Source: the human T2T-CHM13v2.0 reference genome, Homo sapiens
Assembly (NCBI RefSeq): GCF_009914755.1
Contig: NC_060929.1
Length of the DNA stretch: 64,000 nucleotides
Reading direction: 5' to 3' (one strand)
In this document: positions 33,143-49,008 of the stretch, in pieces
Position numbering within the stretch: the stretch's first letter is position 1
Layout of the letters: the number at the start of each line of letters is the position of its first letter
Position numbers and translations under genes: made by a program
Notes under the pieces: model-generated
Databases searched by the model: none
What the model saw: the letters and a program-made list of their open reading frames with translations, nothing else
What the model was told of the DNA's origin: nothing

Positions 33143-34654
33143 TGCTTCTTGAGGGCAGGGATTTTGATCTCTTTTGTTCACTACTATATCCTCAAACTTG
33201 ATAGTTCCTGATACACGGTGGATACAAGATAAATATCTAAGAATATTCCAAATTCCTTTATGTACTGGCTCAAAGAGGGAAGGGAATTCATTTTCCCCAG
33301 CCGCTGGCCAAACTCTCAACTCAGAACTAAAATGAGTTCTCTAATGGGCCAATTCTCAAGCTTGAAAACTCATGTTTCCTATTCAGAAACATAAATATCT
33401 CATATTTTTTATAAACTGTATATTATAAAATCATTTAAATGTTTTACAATAATTTTACTTAACTATTAATTACATATATTTTTAAATTACTCTCCCCTCA
33501 TCCTGTTTCTGATAACTTGAGGGTGGTGGAGGGAGGCTGACCTCACTCCCTTCAACTCCTCACTGAAGTCACGAATCCTGTCCCACCCTTTCACTAGGGG
33601 AGTGAGGAGACGGGGAAGTAAAGTACTTGGCAGAGAACACATCTTGTGAAGCAAAGGCCAGCAGGAACCCAGGCCATTCACCATCTCCTTGCCTGTATAA
33701 TAGCCAAGCTTGGTTTGGAATTCCCAATCAGTCCCAGCAAATCATCACCATTTTTCACAGCTATTTTTGCATTGTTTCAGGAATATTCAGACAGCTGTTG
33801 TTGGTATTTTAAAGCCTCCCATGGCAGTGGGGACACCAGTTCTCCTGACGGTGTTGTGTAAATTCACTAGAACAGCTGGTTCACCCATGTTTTCCTCGTG
33901 ATACTTTTGAATATAAACTAGCTGGAACAGGTTGACCCAGCTGTTGGTTCCTATTACTGGCACACAAAGGTAAAGCCACACCAAATAACTAGGTCACTGT
34001 TGAATCCACTCTGCCATCACTATCTGCCAAACACCTATCCCTGGACCCAAATTCAAGTTGTCCTGAAAGTCGTCAGAACTAAACTTTAAAAAAACCTCAT
34101 GAGTTGTGTACTTTATTGCATGCATTTTTATATGTATATAAAGTGAGGTTTAAATAAAATCTATGGATTAACTGCCTATGTCACATGTAAGCACTAAGAA
34201 CAAATGGAAAACCACATGTCATTTGAGTGGAGAGCCTAGATTTCTTGCACCAAATAGGAGTAGACATTTATTTCAACTTGAAAAAGCTCCCACTTCCACC
34301 ACCTTTGATCCCAAGGACTAACATTTGATGGTTTTGATATTTCCAGGGATTTCTCCATGTACTTATTTTTTACATTAACAGGCTTCAGTAATAATTTTTT
34401 TCTTGTTAATTCAGCTGATCCTGGACTCAAAGGAAAACTGTAAACAAAAGGAAAATATACAGGGAATGTTGAGAAAAATCCTAAAGATAAACTTGTATCT
34501 TGTAGACAAACTTGTAAAAACTTGTATGTGTATATTTCAGGGAGAGGATTTTAGTAAAGATGTCCTGAAAATAATATTGCTTTTGCTATTCAATAATTAA
34601 AAACTCAACTATCCCAATGTTATATTCCAATATATTGGGAGTGAACCTTGTGCA

Positions 34655-34915
34655 TACAGGTTAGAGCACAAGCTTTTGTCAATCCATCCAGGTTAGAAAT
34701 TCTGCTGTGTCATTTACTAACTCTGACCTTGGGAGATTAATTAACATTTGTGCATCCCAGTTTCTCATCTGTAGATAGGGTTATAACATCTAAATCATGG
34801 AATGTTGGCAATAATTAAATTAAATTAGATAATTTAGATAAATCATTTAGCATAGCCGTACCTGGTACATCATAACATGATAGTCACTCAAATATTTTTA
34901 TTATCATTATCATCA
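34655..34915 (+). mobile_element. MIR
   Basis: Core: tgaccttgggagattaattaac...cagtttctcatctgtaga. Confidence 0.75.
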
Positions 34916-35460
34916 TCATTACTAATATACTTTTCATAATTACTCCATGTGCTTCACCTCCTTTTATCTAAAAAATGTGTTTTCCTCAAAAATAATTTTC
35001 ATAGCAGTTGCAGTAGTAACTAGCAGGGTTCTAGTGAAAAAGCAGGCCCCCCTCATATATGTTTGTTTTATAAACAGAACACTCCTACTACTCATTTATT
35101 CAACAGCTATTGATTGCATTTTATTATATATAAGGCAATATATATGTATGTCCTAGTCCAGTATACCTTTCCCCACCCTTCCCCACTTTCAGCTCACTTT
35201 TTTTAAAGGATGCCATGTATCTAAGTAACTGTTTCCAAAGGAACAATGTAACACTGGTTTAGTTAAAATACAACCGTCACACATGTGTGGCCTTAAAAGC
35301 CTCTCTCAGGATAAAGTGTAGTAATAGTACATTAGAATGGGCATCAGGAGCCTAGGAATGTAATCTCTGTTATGCAACAAGCAAATTAGTTTTGTGATTT
35401 CAGGCAAGTCATTTCACCTTTGTGGGCTTTAATTTCCTTGAAAAATGGTCCTCCAATTAG

Positions 35461-35652
35461 CCTGGTGGCTTTTAATCATTTTGGTGAACAGAACCTATGA
35501 CTCAATCTAAGGATATCATTAGCTCTTCTCCAGAACATGAACATACACATGCAAACTCATAATTCACATTCAATTTCAAAAAGTTCCTGGCTTTCCTTGA
35601 AGCCCATCTGTGAACCTTGAAGGTTCATGGATGAGAGGTAAAGAACCCTTAT
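35461..35652. mobile_element. MER103C-like hAT-Charlie MITE within a MIR
   Basis: acatacaca, caatttcaaaaagttc, tgaagcccatc, ggtaaagaaccc. Confidence 0.6.
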
Positions 35653-36332
35653 GCTAGAATAAGGCTCTCTGCTTCACTATTTTGAAATTCTAGACCCCAC
35701 TACCAACACATGATCTTCTACTCAAAAATAACAGGATTAAAGTCTCTTCCTAGATAGGATATCATTTCACACCTCCAGGATTATAACTAATCTTTCATCA
35801 CCTTCTCTAATCGCCTTTTATTATTCCAAATATGCTGACAGGAATATATCTCAGAAAAAAATATTGGCAATCAAAACTCTGTACAGATCTTGAATAATCA
35901 CTGAACTTTAATTCCATGGAAAACTAATTAACAAACTTCCCCTAGGCACTACAGCTTCCAAAGGGATTACCATGAAGAGAAATTGTGCTCATATTCTTAG
36001 GCCTCCAATATTTAGACCCAGCTATTTCCACCAGAAGAAGTCTGTGTCATTGTCTTCTTATATGAAAATACAGCCAAGGGAAAAGTGAAAGGCTTTTGGA
36101 CCACAACATATTTTAAATTGGGAAAGAAAGAGTAGTGGGTTAAAAAAAAGAAAGAAAGAAAAAGAAAAAAAAGAGCAGAAGCCATCCCAGAGACCAGGCA
36201 ATGAAAATATATTCATATTTTAAAATGGTGCCATTGCAGATGATCCTTGGCTTATGGACCAATTGAACTGACCTCAGAGGTCAGAATAATCCAACCTCCC
36301 ACACATCACATATGTGACACATCATAAACTCT

Positions 36333-36377
36333 TACACACACACAACACACACACACACATCCTCACACACACACACT
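36333..36377. repeat. Imperfect (CA)n microsatellite
   Basis: Directly visible. Confidence 0.9.
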
Positions 36378-36421
36378 ATTGACAACACCTGAGCTCAAGC
36401 CAAAGCCTTGATGTAAGGCAA

Positions 36422-37405
36422 TGTCATAGGCAGGTTTCTAAGAGGATCTTCAGTGACCTTTACCCTTATGTAATCTCCTCCTCTCAAGTGTGGACAGAGT
36501 CTGTGAATAGACCGTCATGCATTGTTTAATGACAGGGATATGTTCTGAGAAATGCATTGATAGGTGATTTCATCCTTGTGCTAACATCATAGAGTGTATT
36601 CACACAAACCTAGATGGTATAGCCTACTATACACCTAGCTATATAGTATAGCCTATTGCTCCTAGGCTATACACCTATATAGTATGTTACTGTCCTGAAT
36701 ACTGTAGGCAACTGCAACGCCATGGTAAATACTTATGCCTCTAAACATATCTAAATATGGAAAAGGTATAATAAAAATACAATATTATAATCTGATAGGA
36801 CCATTGTCAATACGCAGTCTGTTGTTGACTGAAGAGTTATGAGGCACATGATTGTCATGAGATACCACTCCTATGACTATGTTACATATATAGCAAAATG
36901 GATTTTGCAAATGTGATTAAGTTCCCAAATCAGTTGACCTTAAGAGACACAAATTATTCAGGTGGGCGTTACCTCATCAAGAGCCCTTTAAATCTGCATC
37001 TAGAGGTGAGAGACAGAAGAAGTAAGAGACTTGAAGCACAAGAAGAATTTACTGTACCATGTCATTGCAGGCTTAAAGATGGAAGGAGCCACATGGCAAG
37101 GAAGTGGGTGACCTTAGAGACTGACAGCAGCCCCCATCTGACAGCAAGCAAAGAAATGGAGACCTCAGTTCCACAAGCTCAAGCAACTAATTTCTGTCAC
37201 CTAAGAGAATGAACTTGGAAGTGGATTTTCCACCAGGGTCTCCATTTGAGAACTCAGTACGGACAATATCTTGATTTCAGTCTTCTTGAGCAGAATCCAG
37301 TCATGCTGTGAAGGACTTCTGACCTACAGAGCTGGGCTAATGAATGGGTATTATTTTAAGCCTCTAAACTTGTTATTTGTTACCCAGCAATAGAAAACTA
37401 ATACA
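36422..37405 (+). mobile_element. MLT1E-like MaLR LTR, interrupted by Tigger3a
   Basis: gattttgcaaatgtgattaag, cacatggcaagg, ggacttctgacctacaga; ends aaaactaataca. Confidence 0.85.
36512..36854. mobile_element. Tigger3a-like Tc1/mariner MITE
   Basis: Termini ccgtcatgc / catgattg; internal acacaaacctagatggtatagcctact and gaatactgtaggcaa. Confidence 0.92.
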
Positions 37406-37714
37406 GGGAAGAAATAAGAAAGATGTTTGTAATTTGATTCTCCATAGTCAGGCACATGGAAAAGTAAACTCTTTCTTCCTACTTCTAAAAGCCAAATTCA
37501 TACACCCTCAGGCTATGTGTGATTTGCCTAAGCAGTCATATAAAGCTATTTTATGCTTTCAACAAATATTTATTGACCTTCAGGTGATACCTTGGGAACT
37601 GTGTATGTAGGAATGAGTAAAAATATTGGAATTTGATATTTTAACATTTTAAACTAGTTGGACCATTAGAGAACTAGTAGAAGTTCTTACCAAAAAGAAA
37701 AGAATGACTTATGA

Positions 37715-37747
37715 CAGCAGTCCCCAATCTTCTGGGCACCAGGGACC
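37715..37747 (+). mobile_element. MER1 terminal stub
   Basis: cagcagtccccaatcttctgggcaccagggacc matches the start of the MER1A at 39394. Confidence 0.65.
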
Positions 37748-37900
37748 ATTAGAGAAGTGGAAGTATAGCATTTTAAATGATTTGGTTTAAAACTGGCAGC
37801 ATCATCATAGTGTATGTCTGCCTATATTTTAATATAGATGCATAATTTATTTTTATAACAACTTTTATAATTTATTGGCAGTGTGTATGTTTTTGATAAC

Positions 37901-38258
37901 TGATATGGTTTGGCTGTGTCCTCACCCAAATCTCATCTTGAATTTTAACTCCCACAATTCCCACATGTCATGGGAGGAACCCAGTGGAAGGTGATTGAAT
38001 TATGGGAGTGGGTCTTTCCTGCACTGTTCTCATGATAGTGAATGAGTCTCATGAGACTGATGGTTTCAAAAAGGGGAGTTTCCCTGAACAGGCTCTCTTC
38101 TCTTGCCTGCCACCATGTGAGACATGCCTTTCACTTTCCACCATGATTGTGAGGTCTCCCCAGCCACATGAAACTGTAAGTCCAATAAACCTCTTTCTTT
38201 TGTAAATTGCTCAGTCTCAGGTATGTCTTTATCAGCAGTATAAAAACAGACTAATACA
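37901..38258 (+). mobile_element. THE1 (A/B-like) solo LTR
   Basis: tgatatggtttggctgtgtc...gactaataca with perfect 5-bp TSD ATAAC (37896-37900, 38259-38263). Confidence 0.97.
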
Positions 38259-38587
38259 ATAACTTTCATCATAAGTGGTTCTCAACTAAATCAATTGAAC
38301 AATACATTAAATTGTGTATTGAATCTTGACGTTGTTTGGGGTATATTCATTCACTCACCAAGTATTTACTAAGCATCTATTATGTGTCAAACATGCTTTT
38401 AGGCCTTCAGTGTATAAAGATTAAAAAGAAAATTAAATATGACTTAAGGAGCTTACAGTCTAATGGAGAAGACCAACATACAATAAACAATTATACATGT
38501 TATTATATACATATTAATTATACATATACACATACAAAATTATATATGTATATATTCATATATACAATTAAGCTATAAGCTCCTTCA

Positions 38588-38634
<47 letters not shown>
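38588..38634. repeat. Compound (GT)n(AT)n microsatellite
   Basis: Directly visible alternating purine-pyrimidine run. Confidence 0.95.
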
Positions 38635-39393
38635 TTGAATCTCTTTTTCCTCTTTAAGGACAGACATAGACCTCTGCAATAGTACTGTTGTATCATGAAT
38701 GACCTTTAAAGACAGATACCAGAGTTTAGAGCAACTAGAGACTCAATCCCCTGATCTCAATCCTAGGCCTGCTACGGGGCTCATCAGGGCACGAATGTCA
38801 GCAGCCAGTCCAAACGAGTCTGCTGCCTGTGTTCCAGCCAGTAGCCAACTTCTCCACCAACTCCTTGCTACCTGGCCATTGGAAGAACATCTGTATCATG
38901 TGCTTGGGAGCTAAGACCATCTGCCAAAGAAACTAGCAAAAACTCTAGGGTTTGGGAAGATAGCTCTAAGTGTCCCACCCTCTGAAGGCCTTTCTCTTCC
39001 TATTCTAGAAGCCAGGCCCTAGACCATCAAAACTCTGCTGTCCCAGCAAATTGGGAATCTGGGAGATATGGACAGCCTACTTGAGGGCACCACAAGCTGA
39101 GATCCTCTGGCACTTGACACATATAATATTCTTTTTATTGAATGCTTTTTTAGTTCAAATAAATCATTTGTTTTCTTGCTCAAGTGCAAATGATTAGGAT
39201 TATTACCCCCAGCAACTCCATAGCAAGGAAAAGTACATGCACTTGGCCTACTGGTTAGGAAAAATATGAAATGGAAGAGCAGTGAAAACAGAGATGGGTC
39301 AGGGAAAGAGACCTGTGGTCTGCAAACATCATGTGCAGAGGTCAGGAAGGAGGCCAGAGGTTTTTTTACCAGAAAAAAAAGCACACCTTATGG

Positions 39394-39929
39394 CAGCCAT
39401 CCGCAGCCTTTTGGGCACCGGGGACTGGTTTTGTGGAAGACAATTTTTCCACAGACCAGGGTCAGAGGGTGGTTTCAGGATGATTCAAGCACATTACATT
39501 TATTATGCACTTTATTTCTATTATTATTACATTATGATACATAATGAAATAATTATACAGCTCACCGTAATGTAGAATCAGTGGGAGTCCTGAGCTTGTT
39601 TTCCTGCAACTAGACAGTCCCATCTGGGGGTGATGGGAGACAGTGACAGATCGTCAGGCACTAGATTCTCATACAGAGTGTGCAACCTAGATCCCTCACA
39701 TCTGTAGTTCACAATAGGGTTCACACTCCTATGAGAATCTATTGCTGCCACTGATCTGACAGGAGGCAGAGCTCAGGAGGTAATGCAAGCAATGGGGAGC
39801 AGCTGTAAGTACATACAGATGAAGCCTCGCTCACTCATCCCCCCCACCACCCACCTCCTCCTATGTGGCACAGTTCCTAACAGGCCACGGACCAGTACCA
39901 GTTTATGACCCGGGAGTTAGGGCCTCCTG
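39394..39929. mobile_element. MER1A hAT-Charlie MITE
   Basis: CAG...CTG termini; perfect 8-bp TSD CCTTATGG (39386-39393, 39930-39937); gactggttttgtggaagacaatttttcc. Confidence 0.96.
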
Positions 39930-41586
39930 CCTTATGGCACAGAGAAGAGAGCAACTTGTGGAATTTGCCAAAACTCAGTTCTCACTCAGTATTATCAATA
40001 TTGATCAATTTGCCTGTTTTTCAGTTTACCAAAAACTTAATTAACTTTCTCCAAATACTATAGCAAATCATTTCCCTTAAATGGTTGCAACAGCCTTTAA
40101 GGATTTTTTTTCACCATTTAGTTTACCTTTTTAGTTGAAGCAATTTGAAATTCACAAGAAATCTTCATTCCCCAAATCATAAATTTAAAGTACCTAAAAT
40201 ACAGAACTTTGGCTCACTGCTGATAATTGAGTAAATTGACTTTGTGAGGTTAAACTAACTGAAAACTAATGAAAAGCTGTGTTTATATGTGGTTTTATAT
40301 CACTTTACCTTTTGGTTTCCTCTATTTCTCCCAATTGCTACCACATTGACATTTATTATTCTTTTGGCAACTTACATCTGAATCCTGTTTCAATGGGGAT
40401 GTCTTCTAATGAGAGAGAACATGGCTCCTGCTAGGAAAGGTAAAAATTCCAGTTACTCCATTCTCTTGCTTTCCTTACAGCTAGGGCAGGGCTATGCGAA
40501 TTGCTATAAAAGGTATCAAATGCTATAAACATTACTTTTTAAATCTCCTTAAATTTTATCAAAGAATTAGACACATTCTTCCCCTAGAGCTTTTCATGTC
40601 TGGCTCCCTCCTACGATTCAGTTACTAGAAATCTTTTCCTAAAACCCCTGATCCCAGCACCACCACACACCTCCCACAATGAAAAGCTGCCTCTCCTTAT
40701 CCTGTGCCATATTAAATCAGTAGATTAATTAATTATAATTGTAAAATTGAATTTCAATTCCCTAAAATGCTGCTATGAAAGCAATAAAATGAAAACCAGT
40801 CAACTAAAGCATTGCAGAAATCATCAGAAGTTATTTAAAAAATCCCATCTAATATAAATTGCCATAAAGTTTATAGTTTTTTTAACACATTTTTTTGGAA
40901 AATTAGTATTTGGGGTATCTTAAGGATAATTGATTCCTTGGTCAAATTCATTTCTAGTGAATCGATGTTTGGTGACTTTGACCTAGAAAGCAAGAGATGA
41001 TGGATAGAGCCATGCGCAAAGACCAGCTCATGGCTTATCTCAGCCATGCTAAGGGGTCTGAACTCGATCCTGAGAACATCTGAGAATCCCTGAAGGAAAC
41101 TGACTTGCTACGACTGTATTTTGGAAAGATCTGAATGTAGCTGAATAAACTTAACAGTAGTTATATGGGGGTGGGAGGGGAGGACAAGGGAGGAATTGGG
41201 GAGATGCCAAATTATCTTTTTGTTTGGCTTCTCTAGTTTCCCAACAGTGTTACTGCAATGATTTGGGAGAGGGAAAGGAGGAAGAAAAGTAAGGCAAAGA
41301 GCCTCAAGTTTTCCCTGGGCTTTTTGTACAAAGAAGTGATGCTGGCTAGATAGCAATTTGTACCTTTTTTTACTTCTTTGTACATATTCTTACTCTACCT
41401 TCACTAAGAAAAGCAAAAATCAATATTCCACTATCAGAAAGAGAACTTTTTTCATGATTCTTCTAATAATTATGGATATTACACTCAGCTACAGAGGTAC
41501 TCTCTTCTATTAATAATAAACAACATTAATCCAGTAGCTGCTCAATAATTAGCTGTCTGTGGCTAAATTCTGGTTCACTGCTGTCC

Positions 41587-41900
41587 CAGTGTTTCTCAAA
41601 GTACATTTCTTTGACACACTAGCAGCAGTTTCACCTGGGATGCTCACTAAAAGTGTTAATTCCTGGATCCTGAGCCAGCTCCACTGAATCTGAATCTCTG
41701 GGGTTGGGGCTTAAAGGTTTGCATTTTAATAAACTATCTCTCTGATTCTTAAACAAGATAAAATTAGGGATCTTCTACCCAGACTATCTCTGGGCAGTGG
41801 TTCCCTAACCAATAGCAAGCTGGAATCACCTGTATTGAAAACACAATCCTGGATGTCTCCTAAAGATTTTATTTCATAGGTCTGGCCTGGGGCTCTGGAT
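41587..41900. mobile_element. Two MER5-family MITE remnants
   Basis: cagtgtttctcaaagt...actgaatctgaatctctgggg...gcattttaataaa; second copy starts cagtggttccctaacc. Confidence 0.7.
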
Positions 41901-42708
41901 GGCTGAGAATCCTCTGAAAATCAGTGGATTTACCTGGTACACTTGATGGCACTCATACAGGTGGTCCAAAAGAAATGTGAGCACTTCCCACAGAGGCTCT
42001 CTTCACTTTGCCACACTGATTATCTAATCTTTTAATTATTCACCACTAAAAGGAGGTTTGATATGAATCCACAAAACATCTGCCTGCATGTCAACTGAGT
42101 ATTTCTATGTATGTAAAAAACATTAGTGGTAATGACAGAGAAACTGAAATAAACTCCAATAACTAGAATTCACAAAGATCCAGGTGTGGATTCTCCTTGT
42201 TCACAGATAGCCTGACATACATTGTAAAATTCTTGGAGGCTTCAACCTAAGTGTAGTCTTTACTTGACCAAAAAATTTTTTTCTCTTTTTCAAAAATGAT
42301 AACAGAAGTGAGTTACAACGAATATAGGCCTAAAATATCATTTTTCCAGTCTGTCAAGGTGATGATTAACCTAATGGCATTTCAGAGGTAGAAGTAGTCA
42401 TCTTCATAGCATTAAAATGGAATTTCAGGCAAATTATTATTTGCTGGCATGAAAAATATATAAAATTGACTTGCGCAAGATGGCTAAATAGGAACAGCTC
42501 CAGTCTGCAGCTCCCAGCCTGATCGATGCAGAAGACGGGTGATTTCTGCATTTCCAAATGAGGTACCTGGTTCATCTCATTGGGACTGGTTGGACAGTGG
42601 GTGCAGCCCATGGAGGGTGAGCTGAAGCAGGGTGGGGGCATCGCCTCACCCTGGAAGCACAAGGGGTGGGGGGAATTCCATTTCCTAGCCAAGGGAAGAC
42701 ATGACAGA

Positions 42709-42902
42709 CTACCTGGAAAAATGGGACACTACTGCCCAAATACTGCACTTTTCCCAAGGTCTTAGCAACCAGCAAACAAGCAGATACTCTCCCGTGCCTG
42801 GCTCAGCAGGTCCGAAGCCAACAGAGCCTTGCTCACTGCTAGTGCAGCAGTCTGAGATCGAACTTCGAGGCACACCCTGGCTGGGGGAGGGGCGTCCGCC
42901 AT
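42709..42902 (-). pseudogene. L1 antisense ORF0 remnant, frameshifted
   Basis: MADAPPPAR in one frame and SISDCC...GPAEPG...EKCSI...FSR in another, matching the recalled ORF0 sequence. Confidence 0.75.
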
Positions 42903-43500
42903 TGCTGAGGTTTGAGTAGGTAAACAAAGTGGCTGGGAAGCTCGAACTGGGCAGAACCCACAGCAGCTCAACAAGGCCTACTGCCTCTAGAATCCACCTC
43001 TGTGGTCAGGGCATAGCTGAACAAAAGGCAGCAGACAACTTCTGCAGACTTAAAAGTCCCTGTCTGACAGCTCGGAAGAGAGCAGTGGTTCTCCCAGCAT
43101 GGCATTTGAGCTCTGAGAATGGACAGACTGCCTCCTCAAGTGGGTCCCTGACCCCTGTGTAGCCTAACTGGGAGACACCTCCCAGTAGGGGCCAACAGAT
43201 ACCTCATATAGGTGGGTGCCCCTCTGGGACAAAGCTTTCAGAGGAAGGATCAGGCAGCAATATTTGCTGTTCTGCAATATTTGCTATTGTGCAGCCTCCG
43301 CTGTTGATACCCAGGAAAACAGGGTCTGGAGTGGACCTCCAGCAAACTCCAACAGACCTGCAGCTGAGGGACCTGACTGTTAGAAGGAAAACTAATAAAC
43401 ACAAAGGAATAGCATCAACATCAACAAAAAGTTCATCTACATCAAAACCCCATCTGTAGGTCACCAACATCAAAGACCAAAGGTAGACAAAACCACAAAG

Positions 43501-44525
43501 ATGGGGAGAAACAAGAGCAGAAAAGCTGAAAATTCTAAAACTCAGAGCACCTCTTCTCCTCCAATGGATTGCAGCTCCTCGCCAGCAATGGAACAAAGCT
43601 GGATGGAGAAGGACTTTGATGAGTTGACAGAAGTGGGCTTCAGAAGGTCAGTAATAATAAACTTCTCCAAGCTAAAGGAGGATGTTTGAACCCATTGCAA
43701 GGAAGTTAAAACCTTGAAAAAAGCTTAGATTAATGGCTAACTAGAATAAACAGTATAGAGAAGACCTTAAATGACCTGATGGAGCTGAAAACTGTGGCTC
43801 GAGAACTTCGTGTTGCATGCACAAGCTTCAATAGCTGATTCGATCAAGGGGAAGAAAGGGTATCAGGGATTAAAGATCAAATTAATGAAATAAAGTGAGA
43901 AGACAAGGTTAGAGAAAAAAGAGTAAAAAGAAACATACAAAGCCTCCAAGAAATCTGGGACTATGTGAAAAGACCAAATCTACATTTGAGTGGTGTACCT
44001 GAAAGTGACGGGGAGAATGGAACCAAGTTGGAAAACACTCTTCAGGATATTATCCAGGAGAACTTCCCCAACCTAGCAAGACAGGCCAACATTCAAATTC
44101 AGGAAATACAGAGAACACCACAAAGATACTCCTTGAGAAGACCAACCCCAAGACACATAATTATCAGATTCACTAAGGTTGAAACGAAGGAAAAAATGCT
44201 AAGGGCAGCCAGAGAGAAAGGTCAGGTTAACCACAAAGGGAAGCCCATCAGACTAACAGCAGATCTCTCGGCAGAAACCCTACAAGCTAGAAGAGACTGG
44301 GGGCCAATATTCAACATTCTTAAAGGAAAGAATTTTCAACCCAGAATTTCATATCCAGCCAAACTAAGCTTCATAAGTGAAGGAGAAATAAAATCCTTTA
44401 CAGACAAGCAAATGCTGAGAGATTTTGTCACCACCAGGCCTGCCCTACAAGAGCTCCTGAAGGAAGCGCTAAACATGGAAAGGAACAACTGGTACCAGCC
44501 ACTGCAAAAACATGCCAAGTTGTAA
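43501..44525 (+). pseudogene. L1 ORF1, disrupted
   Basis: MGRNKSRK start; premature stop at 43689; 43965-44525 keeps REKG, ARR and YPAKLS motifs. Confidence 0.95.
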
Positions 44526-44588
44526 AGACCATCAACACTATGAAGAAACTGCATCAATTAATGGGCAAAATAACCAGCAAACATCATA

Positions 44589-48758
<4,170 letters not shown>

Positions 48759-48968
48759 ACAATGAGATGACTTCGACACAGGGCGGGGAACATCACACGC
48801 TGGGGCCTGTCGGGGGGTCAGGGGGCTGGGGGAGGGATAGCCTTAGGAGAAATACCTAATGTAAATGATGAGTTGATGGGTGCAGCAAACCAACATGGCA
48901 CATGTATACCTATGTATCAAGCCTGCATGTTGTGCACATATACCCTAGAACTTAAAGCATAATAAAAA

Positions 48969-48972
48969 GAAA

Positions 48973-49008
<36 letters not shown>
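48969..49008 (+). repeat. (GAAA)n tetranucleotide repeat in L1 tail
   Basis: Directly visible. Confidence 0.95.
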
